The translations under genes were made by a program, and so were the position numbers. Below, piece by piece: positions 56,978 to 64,000 of a DNA stretch of 64,000 nt. Numbering within the stretch: the first letter of the stretch is position 1; every line of letters starts with the position of its first letter. Source of the DNA: Coriobacteriia bacterium (GTDB lineage Bacteria; Actinomycetota; Coriobacteriia; Anaerosomatales; PHET01); contig JAXMKZ010000004.1 of the NCBI GenBank assembly GCA_034370385.1, positions 1,238 through 65,237 on the forward strand. The letters are read 5' to 3'. Under the pieces are notes generated by a model. It was not told where the DNA came from and did not search any database. It saw nothing but the letters and a program-made list of their open reading frames with translations.

Positions 56978-57573
56978 CTCCCGGCGATCTCCTGCGCGGC
57001 ATCTCGAAGCACGGAGCTGACGCTGCCCGTACGCCCACCCGGACCCGCGGGCCGGGCCATGATGCCCTCGAGCAGACGGTCGAGTTCCTCGACGTCGACC
57101 GCACGATCCTCGCGCAGCGGCGAAGACCCTAGGGGGATTCCCACCACCTCTGAGCCGAGGATCTTCTCGATGGTCGCGATGCGCCAGTCACTGGCCATCA
57201 GAAGCACCGTGTCGAAGTCGCGCAGGGTCGCAAGCGTCTCCAGGAGCCGGTTGAACACGTTGGCCGGAGACCCGGCCTCAATCGATTCTCGCTGGGCCTG
57301 GCTCATGACCAGCACGAAGTCGACGGCGTGGCGTTCGGCGACCTCCTGCACCTCACCGCAGTTGGCCACCGGGAATCCGACGAGTGCAACGCGCGGACCA
57401 CGCCGAACCTCACCGAGCGTCTCAAGGAACGACACCACGCTGCGGGTCACACCCACGGCGCGCGCCGCCTCCTCCTGAGTGGCGCCGGCCTCACGGTCGG
57501 CCAGAATGGAGTCGACCGCGTCGACGAGCTTCTCCCGACTGATGACCTTCTCGCCGATCCTGAAGAAGCGCAC
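56956..57573 (-). CDS. HTH-containing putative regulator, co-transcribed with the downstream 306-aa protein
   Basis: 205 aa. GATQEEAARAVGVTRSVVSFLETLGEVRRG (HTH), then a CheY/Toprim-like alpha/beta part. Overlaps the downstream gene by 22 nt. Confidence 0.55.
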   Translation of the reverse strand: MRFFRIGEKVISREKLVDAVDSILADREAGATQEEAARAVGVTRSVVSFLETLGEVRRGPRVALVGFPVANCGEVQEVAERHAVDFVLVMSQAQRESIEAGSPANVFNRLLETLATLRDFDTVLLMASDWRIATIEKILGSEVVGIPLGSSPLREDRAVDVEELDRLLEGIMARPAGPGGRTGSVSSVLRDAAQEIAGRWQQSRK

Positions 57574-57597
57574 CGCGCCATCCCCCCTCGAGCACTC

Positions 57598-57628
57598 GTG
57601 TACACGAAAATGTGCACAGCGAGTATAC
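57598..57628 (-). promoter_or_regulatory. Candidate promoter/operator: two adjacent 8-bp palindromes next to a TATACT -10 box
   Basis: GTGTACAC (57598-605), GAAAA, TGTGCACA (57611-18). The minus strand has TATACT at 57622-57627. It lies 25-55 nt upstream of GTG 57573. Confidence 0.3.
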
Positions 57629-57714
57629 GCCGTAGGCGATGGCCACGGCCGGGCGCCCTCTTCGGGCAGCCGTCATGCCGGCATGCGTGCAGAACGCGGC
57701 CCCGGGCGTGTCCG

Positions 57715-58479
57715 TCAGCGGTTCAGATCGCGGATGAGGCGCAGTCCCGTCAGAGTCAGATCGACATCGACATGGCCGACGGTAGCGCACAGAGGGGCCA
57801 TGATCGGAGCCAGCCCGCCGGTAGCGACGACAGCGGTTTCGACTCCCAGTTCAGCCCAGGCGCCCCTGACGAGCCCATCGACCATGGCCGCTTCGCCCAG
57901 CATGAGACCGGCCTGGACACTCGCACGCGTGTTGGTTCCGATGACTTTTGCCGGCGGTTCAAGGTCGACTTTGGACAGCCGCGCGGCTTTGGAGAACAGC
58001 GCCTCTGCACTCGTCTCGACACCCGGCGCGATCGCCCCTCCGAGGTAGGCGCCGTCGGCCCCCACGACATCGATGGTCGTGGCCGTGCCGAAATCGACCA
58101 CGATGACCGGCGCACCCCAAGCGGCCACCGCGGCCACGCTGTTGACGATGCGGTCAGCTCCAACCTCGTGCGGGTTGTCGTAGTGAATCGGCAGCCCTGT
58201 CTTGAGGCCGGGGCCCACGATGATGAGCTCACAGGCCGCTGCGCCCTCGACCACGTCGTCCCAAGCCGCAGTGAGCCGGGGTACGACGCTTGACAGGATG
58301 ACTTCGTCGATGTCGCTCCACGACCGAGCGTCCTGTGCGAGCAGCGCGCTCACGGTGATGCGCAGCTCGTCGGATGTGAGGGACGCGTTACTCGAGATGC
58401 GCCAGTGAGCGTCGAGGGCCTCCCCCGCGAACAGGCCGAGCACCGTTTGCGTATTGCCTACATCCACGGCGAGTAACAT
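57715..58479 (-). CDS. coaX: Type III pantothenate kinase
   Basis: MLLAVDVGNTQTVLGLF...VVDFGTATT...GGAIAPG... Confidence 0.95.
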   Translation of the reverse strand: MLLAVDVGNTQTVLGLFAGEALDAHWRISSNASLTSDELRITVSALLAQDARSWSDIDEVILSSVVPRLTAAWDDVVEGAAACELIIVGPGLKTGLPIHYDNPHEVGADRIVNSVAAVAAWGAPVIVVDFGTATTIDVVGADGAYLGGAIAPGVETSAEALFSKAARLSKVDLEPPAKVIGTNTRASVQAGLMLGEAAMVDGLVRGAWAELGVETAVVATGGLAPIMAPLCATVGHVDVDLTLTGLRLIRDLNR

Positions 58480-58667
58480 GTGACCCCCTCCCTCCCCCGA
58501 GCCGCCCTGCGTGCACCTGCGCGGGTGACGACACGGTGACGCCCCGCACCGAGTGGCGCAGGGCCGGTGCTATCATCGGCCCCGGGGCGATGCCCCACAC
58601 CTGCGGGCGCGGATCGCTTGACCGCTGACCTGCCATGATACGCCAGTATCGCCGTAAGGAGGCGCGC

Positions 58668-59372
58668 ATGAGCGACCTACCGGCCCGCATCCTGATCGTC
58701 GACGACGAGCCGTCCATCACCGAGTTCGTGAGCTACAACCTCGAGAAGGACGGTTACGAGGTCGAGATCGCATCAGACGGCGATACCGCCCTCGCTGCGG
58801 CCGCAGCTCGCAGCTTCGACCTGGTCGTCCTCGACGTGATGCTTCCGGGAATGGACGGGTACGAGGTGTGTCGCCGACTGCGTGCGACCTCCGACGTACC
58901 GGTCTTGTTCCTCTCGGCGCGCGACACCGAACTCGACAAGGTCGTCGGTCTCGAGATTGGTGGCGACGACTATCTCGCCAAGCCGTTCGGCGTCCGCGAG
59001 CTCTCGGCGCGCGTCAAAGCCCTCCTGCGCCGCGCCCAGCCGGGCGCTCGCGACGCTTCGGTCGCAGGCGAGCGCTTCGAGGTGTCGGGAGTGAGCCTCG
59101 ATGAGGGTGCGCACTCCGCAACCTCGGCGTCGGGCCCGATCGATCTGACGCCCCGGGAGTTCGAACTGCTCGCCTGCCTCATGCGCCACGCCGGCAAGGT
59201 GCTCTCTCGCGAGCAACTCCTGCGCGATGCATGGGGGTGGGAGTACCTGGTCGAGACCAAGACCGTCGACACGCACGTGAAGCGCCTGCGCGACAAGCTT
59301 GAGGCGGCCAACGTGGATCCCGCGCTCGTGGAGACCGTGCGCGGATACGGCTACCGGTTCCGGACCTCGTAG
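58668..59372 (+). CDS. OmpR/PhoB-family response regulator
   Basis: ARILIVDDEPSI...DLVVLDVMLPGMDG (receiver), then C-terminal LTPREFELL...VDTHVKRLRDKL...VRGYGYRF. TAAGGAGG SD. Confidence 0.9.
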   Translation: MSDLPARILIVDDEPSITEFVSYNLEKDGYEVEIASDGDTALAAAAARSFDLVVLDVMLPGMDGYEVCRRLRATSDVPVLFLSARDTELDKVVGLEIGGDDYLAKPFGVRELSARVKALLRRAQPGARDASVAGERFEVSGVSLDEGAHSATSASGPIDLTPREFELLACLMRHAGKVLSREQLLRDAWGWEYLVETKTVDTHVKRLRDKLEAANVDPALVETVRGYGYRFRTS

Positions 59373-59373
59373 C

Positions 59374-60381
59374 GTGTACACCCTGCGCTCGCGAATCGCC
59401 GTCACCCTTGCCGTGTTCGCGGTTACCGGAGCGTTCGCCGCGGTCGTGGCGACCGGTTGGGACGTCGAGATCGCCGTGGTCGTCCTCACGCCGATTCTGG
59501 CCTGGATGGCCGGGCGCGTCGTCGCGCGGTCCTTCTCCTCACCGCTCGAGCGGCTCGCCGCGACCGCCTCGTCCTTCGCCGCGGGCAACCTGGAGGTGCG
59601 TGCCGAGACAGGAGGGCCGCGCGAGGTACGCCTCATCGCCTCATCGTTCAACCGCATGGCCGACGAAGTGTCCGTGGCACTCGAACAGGTCACGAGCGAA
59701 GAGAGACGCAAGAGCCAGTTCGTCTCGGACGTCAGCCACGAGCTGAGGACGCCGCTCACGGCCATACGTGGCGCTGCCGAGACGCTCCTCGACGGCGACG
59801 TGGCCCCCGATGATCAGGAGCGGTTCCTGTCGACCATAGCGCTTGAGGCGGAGCGCCTGACGCGACTGGCCAACGATCTGCTCACGCTGCAGCGCATCGA
59901 GGGCGCAACCGGCGAACTGCCCATTCGCCGCTTCGGTCTGCGTCTTGCGGCCGACCGTGCCGCGGCGATGCTCGAGCCGCTCGTGGAGCACCGGGGTGTG
60001 ACGTTGGCCATCCACGGTGAGTCACCTGACGTGCTCGGTGACGTCGATCGCATCCAACAGGTCGTGGCCAACCTCATCGACAACGCCACGCGCATGGTCG
60101 GCCCCGGAGGGCGTGTCGACGTAGAGCTGGGTGCCGACGCCGATGTCGCTTGGCTCACTGTCTCGGACAACGGCCCGGGCATCCCTGACGAGGACCTGCC
60201 CAACCTGTTCGACCGGTTCTACCGAGCCGATAGCAGCCGCACCCGGACGAGCGGGGGCGCGGGGCTCGGACTGGCGATCGTGAAGGCCATCGTCACCGCG
60301 CACGCAGGAACCATCGAGGCCACGAACCTTCCGGCCGGGGGCTCGTGCTTCACCGTGAGGCTTCCGGCGGCGCCTGCGTGA
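59374..60381 (+). CDS. Sensor histidine kinase (2 TM, HAMP, HisKA, HATPase_c)
   Basis: GTG 59374 lies 2 nt after the RR stop. SHELRTPLTAIRG H-box, DNGPGIP (G1), GGAGLGLAIV (G2). Confidence 0.9.
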   Translation: MYTLRSRIAVTLAVFAVTGAFAAVVATGWDVEIAVVVLTPILAWMAGRVVARSFSSPLERLAATASSFAAGNLEVRAETGGPREVRLIASSFNRMADEVSVALEQVTSEERRKSQFVSDVSHELRTPLTAIRGAAETLLDGDVAPDDQERFLSTIALEAERLTRLANDLLTLQRIEGATGELPIRRFGLRLAADRAAAMLEPLVEHRGVTLAIHGESPDVLGDVDRIQQVVANLIDNATRMVGPGGRVDVELGADADVAWLTVSDNGPGIPDEDLPNLFDRFYRADSSRTRTSGGAGLGLAIVKAIVTAHAGTIEATNLPAGGSCFTVRLPAAPA

Positions 60382-60397
60382 CACCTCACGCGCGGCG

Positions 60398-60964
60398 CTA
60401 GCGCGTGCGCGCCTTCCTGACAGGACCGGCAACCGCAACCGCGGCTACGGCTTTGGCCACATCGAAGACGATGAACGGCGCAACCCCCGAAACGACCGCC
60501 TGCGCCAAGGACAGGTCCGCAACGCCCATCAGCTGCGCAACGCCGCACGCGTAGATGACGAACACCGCGGTTCCCGCTGCGATCGAATCGCTCGCGATCG
60601 GCCTGAGTGCCGTGCGACCGAGCCACGAGCGAATGAGCGAGGCCGCGACCGCTCCCAGAAGAAAGCCGATGAGGTATCCACCCGTCGGGCCGGCCAGCAC
60701 GCCCAGTCCCCCCCTGCCACCCGAGAACACCGGGATTCCCGCGGCCCCCAGGGCGAGATAGGCGCCCATCGACGCGGCGGCCCAACCCGGAGAAAGCAGC
60801 AGCCCCGCAAGAACGACGAAGAACACCTGCAGGGTGAAGGGCACAGGCGTCAGCGGCACGACCAGGTACGCCGAGGCAGAGAGCAACGCCGTGAGCAGCG
60901 CTGCTGCAGCCAAGTCGCGTGTTCGGCCGCTGCCGGGGGTGGGGCCGGGTCGTGAATCAGCCAC
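60398..60964 (-). CDS. bioY: Biotin transporter BioY (ECF S-component)
   Basis: VPFTLQVFFVVLAGLLLSP...GPTGGYLIGF... is the typical BioY pattern. 188 aa. Confidence 0.85.
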   Translation of the reverse strand: MADSRPGPTPGSGRTRDLAAAALLTALLSASAYLVVPLTPVPFTLQVFFVVLAGLLLSPGWAAASMGAYLALGAAGIPVFSGGRGGLGVLAGPTGGYLIGFLLGAVAASLIRSWLGRTALRPIASDSIAAGTAVFVIYACGVAQLMGVADLSLAQAVVSGVAPFIVFDVAKAVAAVAVAGPVRKARTR

Positions 60965-60977
60965 GTGGTGGACCTTT

Positions 60978-61009
60978 CCGTAAACATCACTGGAATCGTA
61001 TGTTTACGG
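60978..61009. promoter_or_regulatory. Predicted BirA operator (bioO) upstream of bioY
   Basis: Perfect 10-bp inverted repeat: CCGTAAACAT (60978-87), 12-nt spacer, ATGTTTACGG (61000-09). It lies 14-45 nt upstream of the bioY start, and the adjacent birA encodes an N-terminal HTH. Confidence 0.65.
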
Positions 61010-61062
61010 TAGCGAGTACCCGTCCTGGCAGTCAAGCGGCGTGGCCGCGCGGGTGCCGCCCG

Positions 61063-62025
61063 CTACGTTCGTAGCGTCGCCTCGCCGGACGACACTGCCT
61101 CGGTACCTGCCCGTCCCTGGACGATCAGGCGGCCCTCGTCGTCCACGCCGCGCGCGACTCCGCGCACCCGCACCGCGCCCGATGCATCGCTTACGACGAC
61201 ATCCCTTCCGTTGAGCAGCGAGCGTTCGTTGTAGGCCTCCTGGAGCGACCCGAAGCCCGCATCGAGCCACACCCCGTACGCCTCGGCGATGCCATCGAGC
61301 ACCGATGCCGTCACCGCGGCGATGTTCGCGTCCGGCAGTTCGTCTCGCACGTAGGCTGCAACCAACGGGGCATCCGGCGGTCTGACGACGTTGAGCCCGA
61401 ACCCGGCGACCACCCACGTCACCCGATCGGACTCCGCCGACATCTCGAGCAAGACGCCCGCGACCTTGGCCTCGCCCATCCACACGTCGTTGGGCCACTT
61501 GAGGCGCGGGCGCACTCCGACGCTCTCGAGCCCCTGCGCGATGCCCAGCCCGACCACCAGCGCGAGCGAGCCCGCGTCTGCCGGGGCAACAGGCGGACGA
61601 AGAATCACGGAGACGTAGGCGCCTCCCGCCGGAGACTCCCACGACCTGCCGAGCCGACCCCTGCCTGCGCTCTGGCGCGCCGCCACCACCACCGTGCCCT
61701 CATCCGCGCCCGCAGCGGCAAGCTCGCGTGCGGCATCGTTGGTGGACGGCAGCGTGGCGTCGCCGGAGAACGAGCGCCACAGCGCATGGCGCACGAGGGG
61801 TGCCACATCCCACGGGTAGGCCAGATCCGGTTGTGCGACGAGCCGATAGCCTGAGCCCGGCACCGCCTCCACCTGGTACCCCAGTTCGCGGAGCGCTGCG
61901 ACATGCTTGCCCACCGCCACCCTGCTCACACCGAGCATGTGGGCCAGGCTCTCTCCGCTCACGCCGGCCGCACCGGCGTCACGTAGTCCGGTCAGAACGT
62001 GCTCGCGGGTACCGGCGTGCCTCAC
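61063..62025 (-). CDS. birA: Bifunctional biotin--[acetyl-CoA-carboxylase] ligase / transcriptional repressor BirA
   Basis: N-terminal wHTH (VSGESLAHMLGVSRVAVGKHVAALRELG). GRGRLGRSW is the biotin-binding loop GRGRxGR.W. KWPNDV. Confidence 0.9.
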   Translation of the reverse strand: MRHAGTREHVLTGLRDAGAAGVSGESLAHMLGVSRVAVGKHVAALRELGYQVEAVPGSGYRLVAQPDLAYPWDVAPLVRHALWRSFSGDATLPSTNDAARELAAAGADEGTVVVAARQSAGRGRLGRSWESPAGGAYVSVILRPPVAPADAGSLALVVGLGIAQGLESVGVRPRLKWPNDVWMGEAKVAGVLLEMSAESDRVTWVVAGFGLNVVRPPDAPLVAAYVRDELPDANIAAVTASVLDGIAEAYGVWLDAGFGSLQEAYNERSLLNGRDVVVSDASGAVRVRGVARGVDDEGRLIVQGRAGTEAVSSGEATLRT

Positions 62026-62777
62026 GACTCGTCGTGACCCGACGGCGCAGCCTCGGAATCGGCATGTGCCTCCACGTCATGGCCCAGCCGACGGCGAGCC
62101 ACGCGCCTCAGCAGCACCAGCGAGCCTATGACGAGGACGACGACCATCAGCCCGAACCAGCCCACGCCCGCCACGATCTGGAGCGCGTAGTCCATGTTCT
62201 CGCCGAGGAACCAGCCGATCGCACACATGAGCGTCGTGTGCAACGCGGCAGCGAACACCGTATGGAACTCGAACCAGAAGACAGGCATGCGCACGGCGCC
62301 CGCCACCGCAGGCACCCAGTTCTTGATGCCGACCGCGAAACGGGCCAAGAAGACGGTCTTGGAGCCGTCCTCGTCAAAGTGTGCCTGGATCTCGTCGATG
62401 GCCGCCGGGTCGATCTTGAGCAGACGGCCGACCCGAGTGACTGACAACCGCTCGACCGCCCCGCGAAAGCCCTCCAGCCCCAAGCGTCGGCCGGCGAAGA
62501 AGGTGAGGTTACTGCCGATGAGAGTCCCCGCCATGGCGCACAGCCACACGAGCGGCAGCGACAGCCCGCCCCCCGTCGACACGAGCGCGCCCACCACGAT
62601 GAACGTCTCGCCGGGCGTCAGTGAGCCGACGATGAAGATGTTCTCAAAGATGGTGATGATGAAGACGATGAGGTAGCCCCATGCGTCCATGAGACTGAGG
62701 AGCCAGTCGAAGATGGCGATGCCGGTCTCGGGGATCACTGCTGCCTCCATGTGTCGATACAGGCCACTAGCGTTCAT
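62022..62777 (-). CDS. DedA-family (SNARE-associated) membrane protein
   Basis: GYLIVFIITIFENIFIVGSLTPGETFIV...FLARF..G.K..V. 251 aa. Confidence 0.8.
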   Translation of the reverse strand: MNASGLYRHMEAAVIPETGIAIFDWLLSLMDAWGYLIVFIITIFENIFIVGSLTPGETFIVVGALVSTGGGLSLPLVWLCAMAGTLIGSNLTFFAGRRLGLEGFRGAVERLSVTRVGRLLKIDPAAIDEIQAHFDEDGSKTVFLARFAVGIKNWVPAVAGAVRMPVFWFEFHTVFAAALHTTLMCAIGWFLGENMDYALQIVAGVGWFGLMVVVLVIGSLVLLRRVARRRLGHDVEAHADSEAAPSGHDES

Positions 62778-63678
62778 CCAATCCGAAGTCCACGGGCGAT
62801 GCGAGCGTCAGTGCGCTTGAGGATACCCTGTCCACGCCGATAGCAGCGATCGCGTGGAGTCGCTCCACACGGATTCCACCGGAAGCCTCGAGGACTATCG
62901 CCCGGCCACGGGCGGCCGCGGCACTTCGGCACTCCCTCACGGCCTCCGACAGCACCTCATCGTCCATGTTGTCGAGCATGACGACATCGGCGCCGGCTTC
63001 GACCCCCTCGAGCGCCTGCGCTCTCGTGTCGGCCTCCACCTCGATCATGAGGTCGGGGTTGAGGTCTCTTGCTCGGCGAACCGCTTCGGTGATGCCGACG
63101 TGGCGCAGGTGATTGTCCTTGACAAGCACCATGTCCCCCAGGCCTGTCCGGTGGTTGGATCCCCCGCCGACCCGTACCGCGTACTTCGACAGGCTGCGTA
63201 GCCCGGGCACGGTCTTGCGCGTGTCGAACACCGCCAGCTCCTGACCCGCAGCCTCAACCCATCGAGCGGTCTCAGTGGCTATGCCGGACAGCAGCATCAC
63301 GAAGTCGAGGGCCGTCCGCTCCCCCATCAGGACGGCCGCCGCAAGTCCCTCCACCTCGGCAACGGCCGTACCCGCCTCGACGTGGGCGCCCTCGGCCACC
63401 AGCGGGAACATCTCGACCGGCTCGAAGAGCCCTGCCGCGTTCGACACCATCTCGAATACCGCGGCAGCCACGGGAAGCCCCGCGACGACGCCTGCCTCGC
63501 GGGCCACGATAGTGCCTGAGAACGGTGCATCGATTCCCACGGTTGAGAACGTGGTCACGTCCAGCTCGAGCAGGTCGGGCCCGGTCAGACTCGTATCGGT
63601 CAGCCGTGATGGCGCAACGCCAAGGTCCTCGGCGAGCGCTGCGGCTACGACGTCAACGATGTCGGGAAGCTCGAACAT
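62767..63678 (-). CDS. nadC: Nicotinate-nucleotide pyrophosphorylase (carboxylating)
   Basis: AEDLG..D.T...; RKT.PGLR.L.KYAVR.GGG.NHR.GL.D.VL.KDNH; LDNM. ATG 63678. Confidence 0.9.
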   Translation of the reverse strand: MFELPDIVDVVAAALAEDLGVAPSRLTDTSLTGPDLLELDVTTFSTVGIDAPFSGTIVAREAGVVAGLPVAAAVFEMVSNAAGLFEPVEMFPLVAEGAHVEAGTAVAEVEGLAAAVLMGERTALDFVMLLSGIATETARWVEAAGQELAVFDTRKTVPGLRSLSKYAVRVGGGSNHRTGLGDMVLVKDNHLRHVGITEAVRRARDLNPDLMIEVEADTRAQALEGVEAGADVVMLDNMDDEVLSEAVRECRSAAAARGRAIVLEASGGIRVERLHAIAAIGVDRVSSSALTLASPVDFGLDER

Positions 63679-63691
63679 CCAGTTCACCCTC

Positions 63692-64000
63692 TCACGATTC
63701 GCGTACCGGTTCGAACCGAGGCCGCTCGTGACGCTTGAACACGAGATGGGCCCGCCACCGCGCATCATCGCGATCCGGGTGATCCAGACGCGAGTGGCAG
63801 CCGCGTGACTCCGTGCGCAGGGCGGCCGCCCGTGCCACCAGCTCGGCCACGCACGCTAGGTTCGCCAGCTCGCGTCCGCCCACGCCGTCGCCCGTCGCCG
63901 AAGCCGCGATCTGGGCGAAGCCGATCGCAGACGCTTCGAGCCCCTCGGCGGTACGGGCCATCCCCAGGCCCGAGGCCGCCAGGTCGTGCAGCCGCGAGAG
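63692..64000 (-). CDS. nadB: L-aspartate oxidase, C-terminal part (continues beyond the window)
   Basis: ESRGCHSRLDHPDRDD near the C-terminus. The reading frame stays open to position 64000, and the gene lies directly upstream of nadC. Confidence 0.75.
   Translation of the reverse strand, partial: LSRLHDLAASGLGMARTAEGLEASAIGFAQIAASATGDGVGGRELANLACVAELVARAAALRTESRGCHSRLDHPDRDDARWRAHLVFKRHERPRFEPVRES

Noticed and set aside
58600-58667. Sigma-70-like promoter for the two-component operon (TTGACC ... TGATAC/CAGTAT)
   Set aside because: The spacing between the -35-like and -10-like hexamers is wrong (12 or 20 nt). Only the TAAGGAGG ribosome-binding site is convincing.

Overview
GC-rich bacterial chromosome segment, roughly two-thirds G+C by eye (not computed). 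The gene content looks Actinomycetota-like, possibly a Coriobacteriia-type anaerobe, but that is a low-confidence inference. No rRNA, CRISPR array, transposase or integrase was found. There are three blocks. (1) About 0.3-34.6 kb is a large cell-surface glycan locus. It holds GT4 x2, GT2 x2, a GT10 fucosyltransferase, a Wzx flippase, three FkbM methyltransferases and one Zn-ribbon methyltransferase. It also has a CapE/WbvB-type UDP-GlcNAc 4,6-dehydratase, a 2-epimerase and an RmlD-like reductase. Nucleotide-sugar genes are manC-gmd-fcl (GDP-L-fucose), rfbF-rfbG-rfbH (CDP-dideoxyhexose), a second orphan rfbG and galU. Embedded in the operon is an unusual block: radical SAM/SPASM, Gfo/Idh/MocA, ThDP enzyme, KdsC-like phosphatase and a SAF-less NeuB-like synthase. 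Two small toxin-antitoxin islands interrupt the locus: AbiEi/AbiEii plus a HicA-like/HTH pair, and a short AbiEii plus HTH plus Fic. An MqsRA-like remnant sits at the left edge and a VapBC pair at the right edge. (2) About 35.5-55.8 kb is a minus-strand tetrapyrrole/cytochrome c supercluster. It reads hemL, an AhbD/NirJ-like radical SAM, hemB, tRNA-Ala, hemD, hemC, hemA, a sirC-like gene, a hemX/ccsA-like gene and ccmDCBAFE. Non-heme genes interrupt it: cls, an XRE regulator, an AlbA_2 ATPase-like protein and an SDR. CcmE carries the CxxxY variant motif plus a second, motif-less OB-fold copy. (3) About 56-64 kb is housekeeping: coaX, an OmpR-type two-component system, bioY with a predicted BirA operator, birA, dedA, nadC and partial nadB. 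The best candidate for new biology is the rSAM/ThDP/NeuB-like/KdsC-like sugar sub-pathway. All functions are inferred from motifs read by eye, with no database search.
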